DNA of 64,000 nt. It comes from Fibrobacterota bacterium (GTDB taxonomy: Bacteria > Fibrobacterota > Fibrobacteria > UBA11236). The notes below the pieces were generated by a model. It was given only the letters and a program-made list of their open reading frames with translations. It was not told where the DNA came from and did not search any database. Location of the stretch: NCBI GenBank assembly GCA_028287505.1, contig JAQBPN010000070.1:3671-67670 (forward strand), written 5' to 3'. A program made the translations under genes and the position numbers. Positions 9,563 to 20,089 of this stretch are shown here, one piece after another (within the stretch, counting starts at the first letter, position 1; every line of letters starts with the position of its first letter).

Positions 9563-11929
9563 TTAGAAGGTTTTGCGGACGCGGGTGTCGGGTTTTTTTT
9601 CTTTTTCTTTTGCTTTTTCTTTGTCTTTGTCGCTTACTTTGGCGTCGCCGTCGGTGACGGCTACGGCGCGGCGGTCTTTGTGCTGGTTGGCGGTGAACAT
9701 GTCTTCGCCGGAGTTGCTCTTGTTGTGCATTTCCTGGGTGCAGGGCTCGGTGGGCTGATGGCCGGCGATGTAATAGTCGGTCGTCGTCAATTTGCAGAAG
9801 CTTTGCGCCAACAGGCCGGAAATCTGGCACACGGTGGCTTCCACGACGCCATCGGGTTGCGGGAAAGGCAGCGCCTTCTTGCCCTTCTCGGCCTTGGTCA
9901 TCACCGTGATCCATGTAGGCACGGCATCGTCGGCGCCGGTATGGCCCGGACCCATTGAGGCATGGTCGTCCGCGCCCACCCAGATGCCCATGGTCAGGCG
10001 CTTGGTGAAGCCGATGTACCAGGCATCGTTGTAATCGTTGGTGGTGCCGGTCTTGCCGCCGGACGGATGGTTGAAACCGCTGGCCCAGATGGCGGCGGCG
10101 GTGCCGTGAATGTTCACGTCCCGCAACATGGTGCACATGATCCACGCGGCCTCCTTGCGGAGCACCTCGTTGGTCTGGGGCACGTTCTGGTAGATCGTCT
10201 GGCCGTTCTTGTCCACTATCCTGTCGATGAGATAGGGGGTCGGGCGCACGCCCCCGTCGGGAAAGGCCGTGTAGGCGGAGGTCATCTCCATCAAAGTGGC
10301 TTCGCAGGATCCGATGCCCAGGGAAGGAACCGGCAGCACGCTGTGGGTCAGGCCGAACTTGCGCGCGTAGGAAACCACCGTCTTGAGGCCGTACTTCATG
10401 GCCACTTCGATGGCGGGAAGATTCTTGGACTTGTACAGCGCCCGGCGCATGCTGATCTTGCCGTCGAAGCCGGGATCGTAATTGTGCGGGCGCCAGAACT
10501 TGGTGGAATCGATGGGGTCGGGAATGGTGATGGGCTGATCGTTCAGGATGTCCCCGGGGCTGGCCCCGTTGTCCACCGCGGTGGCGTACACGAACGGCTT
10601 GAAGGATGAACCCGGCGAGCGGACCGCCTGGAGGGATCGATTGTACTTGGACTTCTCGAAGCTTTCGCCGCCCACCATGGCCCGCACCGCGCCCGTCTCA
10701 TTGTCCAGGATCAGCAGCGCGGCCTGCGCATGCACGTAGCGCATGGAATCCGGAAAGCGCTTCTGGTATGCGAGGGTGGTGTCGTGATCGTGGAGGAAAA
10801 GCGAATCGAACCTGGGGTAGGTTTCATCCCAATGGTGCACGATGGTGTCCATGGGCTGTTTCATCAGGCCGGCCATGTTGAAGGCCCGGGCCGTGCGATA
10901 GCGCAGGCGCACGCGCGTCTTGTGCAGGTTGGCCACCAGGGTGGACTCGGCGAAATTCTGGAGGTTGGAGTCCAAGGTGGTATATACCGTGACGCCCTGG
11001 TTGTAGACCAGATCCTCGTTCCATTTCTTTTCCATGAACTGGCGCACCGTTTCCACGAAGTAGCCCGCGAACTCCGTAGGCGGCTGCCACATCTTCACGT
11101 CCAGTCCGGACTTCAGGGTTTCCTTGAATTGCGTGCGGGTGATATAGCCCATCGATTTCATGGCTCCCAGCACGGTATTGCGGCGATCGCGAGCGGCCTC
11201 CGGATTCACGTCCGGGCGGTAGGCCTCCGGCCTTTGCAACAGGCCGGCCAGCAGGGCGTACTGGTTGATGGCCAGGGAATCCAGGGGCTTGGAAAAGTAG
11301 CGTTGCGACGCCGCCGCGAATCCGTATGCGCCCGAACCCAGGTAAACCTGGTTGAAATAGAATTCCAGGATCTCGTTCTTGGTATAAGTCTGCTCGATCT
11401 TCACCGCCATCAGCACTTCCTTCAGCTTGCGGATGATGGAGCGCTCGGGGGTGAGGAAAAGATTCTTGGCCAGCTGCTGGGTCAGGGTGGAGGCGCCACG
11501 CGCCCGTTTGCCCATCAATGCCGGAAGCAGGGCGGAGGGATAGGCGGCCAGATCCACGCCCCAATGCTCGTAGAATTTCTGGTCCTCGATGGCGAATACC
11601 GCCAGTTTCTGGGCCTTGGGGATCTGGTCGGCGGGGGTCCAGATGCGCCGTTGGGTGAAGAACTCGTGCACCAGGGCGGTGTCCTTGTCGTACACCTTGG
11701 TGATGAGATTGGGTTCGATCCGCTCGAGCGTTTCCAGGGAAGGCAGCGATCGGGAGTAGAAAAGGACCACGGCCGCCATGAACAAAGTGCCCACCACGGG
11801 AAAGAACCCCATAACCAGGAACCAGCGGAAAACGCTGCGCCGATAGGCGGGTTTCCCCATATCCCGGCGCACCAGGCGGAACCAATCGGAGAAAAGGGAC
11901 AGGATTCCCCGCATCAGTTTACTGAACAT
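9563..11929 (-). CDS. Class A penicillin-binding protein 1A, paralog B, with a Lys/Glu-rich C-terminal tail
   Basis: FAIEDQKFYEHWGVD, ASTLTQQLAKNLFL, RKLKEVLMAVKIE (GT51) plus a transpeptidase domain; C-terminus ...DKDKEKAKEKEKKPDTRVRKTF; 788 aa. Confidence 0.9.
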   Translation of the reverse strand: MFSKLMRGILSLFSDWFRLVRRDMGKPAYRRSVFRWFLVMGFFPVVGTLFMAAVVLFYSRSLPSLETLERIEPNLITKVYDKDTALVHEFFTQRRIWTPADQIPKAQKLAVFAIEDQKFYEHWGVDLAAYPSALLPALMGKRARGASTLTQQLAKNLFLTPERSIIRKLKEVLMAVKIEQTYTKNEILEFYFNQVYLGSGAYGFAAASQRYFSKPLDSLAINQYALLAGLLQRPEAYRPDVNPEAARDRRNTVLGAMKSMGYITRTQFKETLKSGLDVKMWQPPTEFAGYFVETVRQFMEKKWNEDLVYNQGVTVYTTLDSNLQNFAESTLVANLHKTRVRLRYRTARAFNMAGLMKQPMDTIVHHWDETYPRFDSLFLHDHDTTLAYQKRFPDSMRYVHAQAALLILDNETGAVRAMVGGESFEKSKYNRSLQAVRSPGSSFKPFVYATAVDNGASPGDILNDQPITIPDPIDSTKFWRPHNYDPGFDGKISMRRALYKSKNLPAIEVAMKYGLKTVVSYARKFGLTHSVLPVPSLGIGSCEATLMEMTSAYTAFPDGGVRPTPYLIDRIVDKNGQTIYQNVPQTNEVLRKEAAWIMCTMLRDVNIHGTAAAIWASGFNHPSGGKTGTTNDYNDAWYIGFTKRLTMGIWVGADDHASMGPGHTGADDAVPTWITVMTKAEKGKKALPFPQPDGVVEATVCQISGLLAQSFCKLTTTDYYIAGHQPTEPCTQEMHNKSNSGEDMFTANQHKDRRAVAVTDGDAKVSDKDKEKAKEKEKKPDTRVRKTF

Positions 11930-12055
11930 GCTTGCATAAGGTAAAAATTTTGCTCCCGGTTTTTTTTATCTTGCTGGCTTGTATCCGCCAGGCCTCCCGC
12001 GCCCGCGCGTCCATCGACGCCTGGAGCTCCGGGCGCCAAAGCAAGGAGTGGTCGA

Positions 12056-12958
12056 ATGCTTTCATGGAAATCTAGTGCTTGGATCGGCGCCGCCTTACTG
12101 CTGGGTGGAATGGTAGTTTCCCTGTCGGGCTGCAGTCCGCAGGAAGAGTCCGACAGCACCCCACCGGATCCTATAATAAAGCTGGAAAAGTCGCAAGGGA
12201 AATACCGGTTCGGCGTGACCGACACCATCGCCATCGACTTCAGCGAGCCCATCGATACGTCCAGCCTGGCCATCGCCATCGCCCCGGACCAGGGCGTGGG
12301 CCGGAAATTCCAGGGAAGAACCCATCTCCTGATTTTCGGCACCAATAAGACTTCGGGAGCCTCCCATTTCACCATCAAGTCGCCCTTCTCCCTCACCCTG
12401 GCGGGACTCAAGGACGATGCAGGCAATGGCCAGAGCGAGATTTCCGAGGCTTTTCAGCCCTATCCCTGGGTGGATCGGGATTTCGTGGACTCTTCTTTTA
12501 CCGGCTTCGATTCCCTGTTCACGGTCGATTCCACTTGGGTTGACGGCAGCGCCATGACGGACACCGTGGTCACGGAAGGCCGGCTGGATTTCAACAGCAA
12601 TTTCGGCAAAGAGGATCGGCAGGATATCAAAGTCATCAGACTGGTTCCTCCGGATACCCTGTTGCTGGCGCTGACCTGCTCCAAATCATTGAACATGAAA
12701 ATCCAGATTGCCGGCCCTTTCGCTGAAAACGGGCTCGATACCGCCTTGTTGCACTACAATTTCGCCACGTCATTCCACTCCGATTCCACCAAATCCAAAG
12801 GAATCGTGGCATATAAGTTCGACGCCGATTTCGCGAAACATTTCGATGCTCTCGGATCCCCTGCCGCGCCCGGAATCTACGCCATCCGGCTCAGCATCCC
12901 GGTGGATGCGGAAGGGTTCTATCGTTTGGGAATGCGCTTGATTAAACGCAAAAAATAG
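12056..12958 (+). CDS. Hypothetical lipoprotein
   Basis: Signal peptide with lipobox (MVVSLSGC SPQ); 300 aa; no recognisable catalytic motifs. Confidence 0.55.
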   Translation: MLSWKSSAWIGAALLLGGMVVSLSGCSPQEESDSTPPDPIIKLEKSQGKYRFGVTDTIAIDFSEPIDTSSLAIAIAPDQGVGRKFQGRTHLLIFGTNKTSGASHFTIKSPFSLTLAGLKDDAGNGQSEISEAFQPYPWVDRDFVDSSFTGFDSLFTVDSTWVDGSAMTDTVVTEGRLDFNSNFGKEDRQDIKVIRLVPPDTLLLALTCSKSLNMKIQIAGPFAENGLDTALLHYNFATSFHSDSTKSKGIVAYKFDADFAKHFDALGSPAAPGIYAIRLSIPVDAEGFYRLGMRLIKRKK

Positions 12959-13046
12959 GCGGGAATAGGGCTTCGGCGCCGAAAAAAGCCGCCGAAGGGC
13001 TGACAAACGGGCCCCGGTTGTATATCTTTCCCCTTCCCCAATTTAT

Positions 13047-13120
13047 GCGGGTGTGGCCAAACTGGATAAGGCATCTGACTACGAATCAGAAGACTCCTGG
13101 TTCGACTCCAGGCACTCGCA
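13047..13120 (+). tRNA. tRNA-Arg (anticodon ACG)
   Basis: Manual cloverleaf fold of GCGGGTGTGGCCAAACTGGATAAGGCATCTGACTACGAATCAGAAGACTCCTGGTTCGACTCCAGGCACTCGCA. The 7-bp acceptor stem includes one G-U pair; the T-arm is CCTGG/TTCGACT/CCAGG; the anticodon stem is TCTGA/TCAGA with loop CTACGAA, giving ACG. No encoded CCA. Coordinates are accurate to about ±1. Confidence 0.85.
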
Positions 13121-13202
13121 CTTTTCTCCCCCCTAAGTCGACTTGAAATGGACCCGGACGGGTCCAGATGAAAACGGATCCCGCAGGATCCACTAGAACT
13201 CT

Positions 13203-13385
13203 AAAATGGCCGGAGTGTTGTGTTTGCGTTCGGCAAACTCCGGAAAGAGCAGCCTAAGTCCAGAAATTGCAAGGAGCATTGAGTTTGCCCCAGGCAAACT
13301 CAATGGCGACGCGCCGGCAACCTTAAAATGCGACGAGCGTGGAGTTTGCCGCAGGCAAACTCCAAAGCAAGGAGCCTAGATCTCG
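13203..13385. repeat. Three tandem ~61-bp repeat units, each carrying an internal near-perfect palindrome (GAGTTTGCC-N3-GGCAAACTC)
   Basis: Units begin at about 13203, 13264 and 13325 (aaaatggcc.../aaattgcaagg.../aaaatgcgacg...). The palindromes are gtttgcgttcggcaaac, tgagtttgccccaggcaaactca and ggagtttgccgcaggcaaactcc. The array lies about 80 bp 3' of tRNA-Arg. Confidence 0.6.
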
Positions 13386-13645
13386 GCCATAGTGTGACGC
13401 AAAGTGGCCTCTTTCATGGCGACCAAAGCCTCCATGATATATTCGCACTTCTTGATGAACTGCAGGCGGGTTTCCTGTTCGCTGGCCCAATCCCGCTCTA
13501 CGAAAACGCGGGCCGAATCCCGGATTACCGCTTCCATCTGTTGGGCGGAAAGGAATTCGGAATAGTGATCGAGCAATTCCAGAAGGGTGTGGAACCGGTA
13601 GATATTATTGCGGCGTTCGGAATTGGGATCGTTTCGGGCCAGCAT
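13376..13645 (-). CDS. Small hypothetical protein (about 90 aa; start uncertain between 13645 and 13741)
   Basis: ORF 13376..13741(-). The C-terminal about 80 aa (NNIYRFHTLLELLDHYSEFLSAQQMEAVIRDSARVFVERDW...) look like globular helical protein. Its 3' end overlaps the palindromic repeat array. There is no family match. Confidence 0.35.
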   Translation of the reverse strand: MLARNDPNSERRNNIYRFHTLLELLDHYSEFLSAQQMEAVIRDSARVFVERDWASEQETRLQFIKKCEYIMEALVAMKEATLRHTMAEI

Positions 13646-13760
13646 GGGTACCCCCGGGTTGGACTGCCTGCCCAATTTTATGATGCGGAAGGGGCGAGGA
13701 ACCACCCCAAACGTCCCTCGGCCGGGCTCCAACTCCAACAATAGGGCCGATTTCCCCGTT

Positions 13761-14429
13761 TCAATGCGCCTGGAAGGCGTTGCCCGACCTTACCAGAGAG
13801 CTCCAATGCGGTGTGTGCAGCAGAACGCCCAGGTTGAGGCGCACGTCGCGGCTGCGCCAATTCTCGACGTCCCCCTTGGCCCCATCGAGCATGTCGGTGA
13901 ATCCGTGGGAATACCTGGCATCGGCCGTGACGTCGATGAAAGGAGCCACCCCCATGGCGACTCCGGCGCCTATCTGTCCGGCCAGTCCCATGGGCGACAT
14001 GTCCGTATGCCGCAAATCATTCTCGCTGGAAACATTGCCGTGGGCGTCCGTGTTCAATACCAAATCCGGTCCCAGAAAGCCGTATACGCCCAGGCTCCCC
14101 AGATTCAGCCGCGCATTCAATAGCACCGGGAGTTCCAGGTTCACGAATTTGCCGCGCCCGGGGACCGCGTTCCCGTTGGCATCGAAATCGGCCCCGTTCT
14201 GGACGAGCATGGGATCGAACATCAGGCCCAGGATGGGATTCATGCCCATTTCCAGGCGGGCGCCGAAGGCCCATCCCGTAATGGAATGGCTGTCATGGCC
14301 ATCCACGTCCGCATTGGCCAGATTGGCTCCCCCCAGCGGACCCACTCCCCACAGGGCCTCGGCCCGGCGGACGGCCAGAGCGCAAATGACAATACCGAAT
14401 AAAAGCGTCGCTTTTTTTAACGCATGCAT
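13761..14429 (-). CDS. Outer-membrane beta-barrel protein (OmpW/OmpA-like barrel family)
   Basis: Start set at MHALKKATLLFGIVICALAVRRAEA (signal peptide), which is Met52 of ORF 13761..14582. Alternating hydrophobic beta-strand pattern, Gly/Asn-rich loops, aromatic C-terminal region; about 222 aa. Confidence 0.6.
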   Translation of the reverse strand: MHALKKATLLFGIVICALAVRRAEALWGVGPLGGANLANADVDGHDSHSITGWAFGARLEMGMNPILGLMFDPMLVQNGADFDANGNAVPGRGKFVNLELPVLLNARLNLGSLGVYGFLGPDLVLNTDAHGNVSSENDLRHTDMSPMGLAGQIGAGVAMGVAPFIDVTADARYSHGFTDMLDGAKGDVENWRSRDVRLNLGVLLHTPHWSSLVRSGNAFQAH

Positions 14430-14644
14430 GTTCCGCTCCTTGTGCGCTGTCCCGGCAGGTTCCCTGATCGCGAACCGCTCGTACCGTGAAAGAAGATTTT
14501 TCGGGAAGGGAATGATAGTGCCCGCGGTCCGCTCTTTCGTGGAAATCCATCCCGGGCGGGATCGTTTCCCGACGTTTTCCATTGTGCGGGACGCAAGGAC
14601 ATTTTTTATTAGCGGAATCCTTTTCCTTTTTCCGGAGTCCTCCC

Positions 14645-16186
14645 ATGCATGGTTTCCGATTCGCGCCCCTGATCTTCTGCCTGTTCTTCAGCTTCGGCCT
14701 GATCGAATGCAAATCGCAAACCAAAGGACAGGCCGCCCAGGCGGGCCAGCCGGCAACCGCGGAAGCGCCCGCCCAATCCCAGCCCGTGCAGTCCACGGGG
14801 TCACAGGCAAGGTACGGGGCCTTCCAGACCGTTTTCACCGACGTCGCGAAAAAGGTGGTTCCCTCCGTGGTCAGCGTCTCCATGGAGCGGACCGTGACCG
14901 CGCCCCAGAACCCCTTCGAATTCTTTTTCGGTCCGGATCCGTTCGGATCCGGCGAGGACGGGAGGCCGCAAAGCCGCGCGCCCCGCAGGAAGCAGAAGGA
15001 GAGCGGCCTGGGATCGGGATTCATCACCGATGTGAAAGGATATATCCTCACCAACAACCACGTGGTGGAAGGCGCCCAGAAGATCACGGTGCAACTTTCC
15101 GACGAACGCGAGTTCGACGCGGAAGTGGTCGGAACCGACAAGCCCAGCGATCTGGCGGTCATCAGGATCAAGGGCAAGATTCCCGCCGGCCTCGTTCCGC
15201 TCAAGTTCGGGGATTCGGACAAGCTGGAGATCGGCGAATGGGTCATCGCCGTGGGAGCGCCCTTCGGGCTGTATGAAACCGTGACCACGGGCATCATCTC
15301 CGCCAAGGGCCGCCAGAACACGGGCATCAGCACGTATGGAAACTTCCTGCAGACGGATGCGGCCATCAATCCCGGCAATTCCGGCGGCCCCCTGGTCAAC
15401 CTGAACGGCGAAGCCGTGGGCATCAATACCGCCATCTATTCCCAGAGCGGCGGCTATCAAGGGATCGGCTTCGCCATTCCCGTGAACCTCGCCAAGAACA
15501 TCATGGAGAGTCTGATCAAAAGCGGCAAGGTGACGCGCGGCTGGCTGGGCGTCTCCATCCAGCCGGTGTCCCCGGACATTGCCGACGCCTTGGGCCTCAA
15601 GGATCGCCGCGGAGCCCTGGTCGGGGACGTGGTTGCGGGCGGTCCGGCGGACAAAGCCGGCCTGAAACGCGGCGACGTGGTCCTCAAGCTGCAGGGCCAG
15701 GACGTACGCGATGCCAATGACCTCATGAACCGGATCGCCCTGATCCCGCCCGGCTCCACCGTCGATCTGACGGTGTTCCGGGACGGGAAGCAACAGAACC
15801 TCAAAGCCAAAATCGCCAAGCGGGACGAAGAAAAAGTGGCTCAGGAGGAAAGCGGCGGGGGCGGAGGCGGCGCGGTCGAAGGCGGGGACATTTCCAGTCT
15901 GGGGATGGAGGCCACCGACCTTACCGATGAGGTGCGCCGCCAATTCCAGATAGGCGGGAACATTAAAACGGGAGTGGTGGTGACACGGGTGGATCCGGAC
16001 GGAAGCGCCGCCGAAGCCGGGCTTCAGGAAGGCGATATCATCGTGGAGGCGAACCGGAAAAAGGTCGACTCCGCCAAGGATCTCCGGGATATCGTCGCCA
16101 AGGCGGGCAAGGGGAAGAAAATCCTTTTTCTGGTGAACCGGAAGGGGACCACCTTCTTTTCCATGGCTACGCCCAAGGCCAAATAA
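14645..16186 (+). CDS. degP: Periplasmic serine endoprotease DegP/HtrA (Do family, two PDZ domains)
   Basis: Catalytic-triad context (HVVEGA, D, GNSGGPL), two PDZ domains, signal peptide from MHGFRFAPLIFCLFFSF. Start is Met22 of ORF 14582..16186. Confidence 0.9.
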   Translation: MHGFRFAPLIFCLFFSFGLIECKSQTKGQAAQAGQPATAEAPAQSQPVQSTGSQARYGAFQTVFTDVAKKVVPSVVSVSMERTVTAPQNPFEFFFGPDPFGSGEDGRPQSRAPRRKQKESGLGSGFITDVKGYILTNNHVVEGAQKITVQLSDEREFDAEVVGTDKPSDLAVIRIKGKIPAGLVPLKFGDSDKLEIGEWVIAVGAPFGLYETVTTGIISAKGRQNTGISTYGNFLQTDAAINPGNSGGPLVNLNGEAVGINTAIYSQSGGYQGIGFAIPVNLAKNIMESLIKSGKVTRGWLGVSIQPVSPDIADALGLKDRRGALVGDVVAGGPADKAGLKRGDVVLKLQGQDVRDANDLMNRIALIPPGSTVDLTVFRDGKQQNLKAKIAKRDEEKVAQEESGGGGGGAVEGGDISSLGMEATDLTDEVRRQFQIGGNIKTGVVVTRVDPDGSAAEAGLQEGDIIVEANRKKVDSAKDLRDIVAKAGKGKKILFLVNRKGTTFFSMATPKAK

Positions 16187-16263
16187 CCCGGTCCATTCAT
16201 TCCGGAAACGCTCCGGCCGGAATGAGTGTTCCCGGGGCGATTCGAATTACATATATTTCGGGC

Positions 16264-16590
16264 ATGAGTATCGATAACCTCGCTTCCGTCATACTCGAGA
16301 AGCTGCGCGGAATCGCCCAGACGGACACCGTGATCGGCAAGCCGATCGTCGTGGACAACACCACCCTGATTCCCGTTTCCAAGGTTTCCGTGGGATTCGG
16401 GTTGGGGTCCAACACCGGGAAATCCGAATCGACCGGCTCCGGCGGCGGTTTGAGCGTGGAACCCATCGCCTTTATCGTGGTGAGCGACGGCAATGCCCGC
16501 CTCATGAGCCTCACGCGCGAGAAGGACGTTTTCGGGAAGGCCATAGACATGGTGCCCGAAATCCTGTCCTTGCTGAAGAAAGACAAATGA
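16264..16590 (+). CDS. YtfJ/GerW-family protein (sporulation protein YtfJ-like)
   Basis: TVIGKPIVVDNTTLIPVSKVSVGFGLGSNTGKSESTGSGGGLSVEPIAFIVVSDGNARLMSL matches the GerW/YtfJ family core. Alternative start at 16222. Confidence 0.65.
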   Translation: MSIDNLASVILEKLRGIAQTDTVIGKPIVVDNTTLIPVSKVSVGFGLGSNTGKSESTGSGGGLSVEPIAFIVVSDGNARLMSLTREKDVFGKAIDMVPEILSLLKKDK

Positions 16591-16643
16591 AGATCGCAAG
16601 ACCTTCGCGGTCGGCTCCATGTGGTCTCTCGTCGGGTGCCGGG

Positions 16644-16714
16644 CGTCGGGCGTAAAGAAAAAAAACGGAAGATTTCTCGTTTTTCCCAGGCCCGGCTTTT
16701 TCTTTACGCCCGAC
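16644..16714. terminator. Long perfect inverted repeat between convergent genes: 19-bp stem (cgtcgggcgtaaagaaaaa / tttttctttacgcccgacg) with a ~33-nt loop. Possible bidirectional transcription stop or RNA-processing hairpin.
   Basis: Seen directly in the sequence between the ytfJ-like (+) stop and the thrC (-) stop. There is no canonical U-tract, so Rho-independent function is uncertain. Confidence 0.45.
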
Positions 16715-16759
16715 GAAACGTTTCCCGAACCCACCCATCAGTCCGGCGAAGCCGCTCCC

Positions 16760-18139
<1,380 letters not shown>

Positions 18140-18240
18140 TTATATTTTTACGCGGTTCTCCCTCACGGAGGGACCGACTGGATGGGTGAATTTCCCCTCC
18201 ATTTGCAAAGCCTGGATTTGCAGAAAGCCTGATTCCCCCT

Positions 18241-20088
18241 ATGGGTGCCAAGCCTTTTATTTCCCTTCCGATTTCACGCCGTTCCGCCGGGCTCTGCCTG
18301 ACAGGCGCTTTCGCATTGGCGATTTCCTCCTGCATCTCCGATGGTGCAAACCGGACCGGGGGGGAGTACCTCTCCCAACATGGAGTGCTCCTCCAAGATC
18401 CCCTCTACCACGTCACCCTCAAAGGGATCCCCGTGGACAGCTTCTGGACCACGGATGCGGAACCCAGCCATCTGGCGGATACCATCCTTCTGGTTGGGAG
18501 CGATTCGGATTTCAGCGCCGAGGCCAGGTTGGCCTTCCAGTTGGACGATATCAATTCCCTCTTCAGATTGGACAGCCTGGATGCAACCTCTCTGAAACTC
18601 TCCCTGGGCTTCCCTGTGCCCCCTATCGGAGGCGATGAATTGGATTCAGCAGCGAAAGCCAGTTCCGCCGATACCGTGGATTTGGAGGTCGTGTCGTGGA
18701 GCACCACCGACAGCGGACTTACCGATGCCCAGTGGACCGATACGCTGAATACCTGGAACAACCGTTTTCTGATCCGGAACGATACCGTTGCCGCGCTCGA
18801 ACGATTCCATCCAATCCGGGACACCATCCATATAGCCTTCAAGACCGCGTACACGACCGGTTCCATCCAGGCGCAGCCCCTTCCCAACCTCCATGCCGGA
18901 TTGGTCAAGATTCGGGGACATAAAAACCTGATTGAATGCCGCATCAGGCGCATCCCCGGAAAATCCACGGGCCCGGCCATGTTGCACCTGGGCGGGGAAT
19001 TGCCCGACGATCCCGAGTACGTCTACGAGCCCATCCTGATTTTCGGCCCATATGGGACCATAGCCGGGACACCATCTTCGAACTTCATGCAGACCATGTT
19101 CGTTGGGGGCCGGCGAGGCGTCAATTACTCCCTGATGTATTCCGGCCCCAAGGAAAACATCCTGACTGGCAAAGTGCGCGGGCTGCATGTTGTTCTCGAT
19201 CGCAAGACCCTGCTGGACAGCATCGATGCGGATTTGCAGCGGCAGAATCTCCCTCTTCAGCCGCGCACGACCTCCGGTGATTTCGACTTGTCCTATTTCG
19301 TCCCCTTCGCGAAAATGACCCTGCCCCTGGACCTGGCGAAGACCAAGCTGGAATCGGGTTTTCCTCTGCAAATCAACATGGTCACCAGCATCGACAGCCT
19401 TCTGGGCGATACCATCTCCGGCGGCATCCGCGTGGATACGGTTCAGCAAGGGGTTCCGAGGATTCTTTGGCATACCTATGATCCGGGAAATCCCGGAACC
19501 ATCCTGGACGATGTCAGCATCACCTATGACCCGGTTCTGAATTCGGGCGACGCCCGGCTCCGCAAAGTCATCCTGAAATTTTCCCGGGATTCCGTGTTCA
19601 ACGATACCTCCTACATCCATGTCGGCGAATCCAAGCAGCGGACTACGACCTTGCAGGGTTACGGCAAAAGCTTTTTATCCCTGACCCTGGATGCGGATTC
19701 CCTCGTCTTGGCCGTCCACAGCTACCTGACGGTCCGGCCGGAGGCGGAAAACAACGAGTACCGGGATTCGGTCACGGGGGAAACGATAACCGATTTGGAA
19801 AGGCGGATGCAAAAGTTCCTCCATTCCGGGGATTCGGAATTGTCCTTGCGGGCCATCCACGGATTCCAGCGTTTGTTGAACCGGACGCGCTCCAATGCGA
19901 ACGTGCTGCAAGACTTCCAATTCCAACCGTCCGTGTTCTCCGCCGTGGATACCTCGTTCATCGTCGGAGGCGACACTACTTCCGCAGTAGTGGACTACCC
20001 GGTGCTCTCCGTGGTCGCTCCCAAGCTCGAGGGCAAAAGCCTGAAGGTCGACGTGGAACTTTACCTCTTTCCTCTGAAGGCGCGCTGA
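18241..20088 (+). CDS. Large hypothetical lipoprotein (615 aa)
   Basis: Lipobox signal peptide (LTGAFALAISSC). No recognisable enzymatic motif. Immediately followed (2-nt gap) by an OMP gene. Confidence 0.55.
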   Translation: MGAKPFISLPISRRSAGLCLTGAFALAISSCISDGANRTGGEYLSQHGVLLQDPLYHVTLKGIPVDSFWTTDAEPSHLADTILLVGSDSDFSAEARLAFQLDDINSLFRLDSLDATSLKLSLGFPVPPIGGDELDSAAKASSADTVDLEVVSWSTTDSGLTDAQWTDTLNTWNNRFLIRNDTVAALERFHPIRDTIHIAFKTAYTTGSIQAQPLPNLHAGLVKIRGHKNLIECRIRRIPGKSTGPAMLHLGGELPDDPEYVYEPILIFGPYGTIAGTPSSNFMQTMFVGGRRGVNYSLMYSGPKENILTGKVRGLHVVLDRKTLLDSIDADLQRQNLPLQPRTTSGDFDLSYFVPFAKMTLPLDLAKTKLESGFPLQINMVTSIDSLLGDTISGGIRVDTVQQGVPRILWHTYDPGNPGTILDDVSITYDPVLNSGDARLRKVILKFSRDSVFNDTSYIHVGESKQRTTTLQGYGKSFLSLTLDADSLVLAVHSYLTVRPEAENNEYRDSVTGETITDLERRMQKFLHSGDSELSLRAIHGFQRLLNRTRSNANVLQDFQFQPSVFSAVDTSFIVGGDTTSAVVDYPVLSVVAPKLEGKSLKVDVELYLFPLKAR

Positions 20089-20089
20089 C

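Noticed and set aside
9585-9650. T/G-rich low-complexity stretch (ggtttttttttctttttcttttgctttttctttg) that looked like a terminator or poly-T tract
   Set aside because: It is the coding sequence, on the minus strand, of the Lys/Glu-rich C-terminal tail of PBP1A paralog B.
13328-13744. 138-aa plus-strand ORF overlapping the palindromic repeats
   Set aside because: Less protein-like than the opposite-strand ORF 13376..13741. It begins inside the repeat array. Neither is strongly supported, and I kept only the minus-strand candidate at low confidence.
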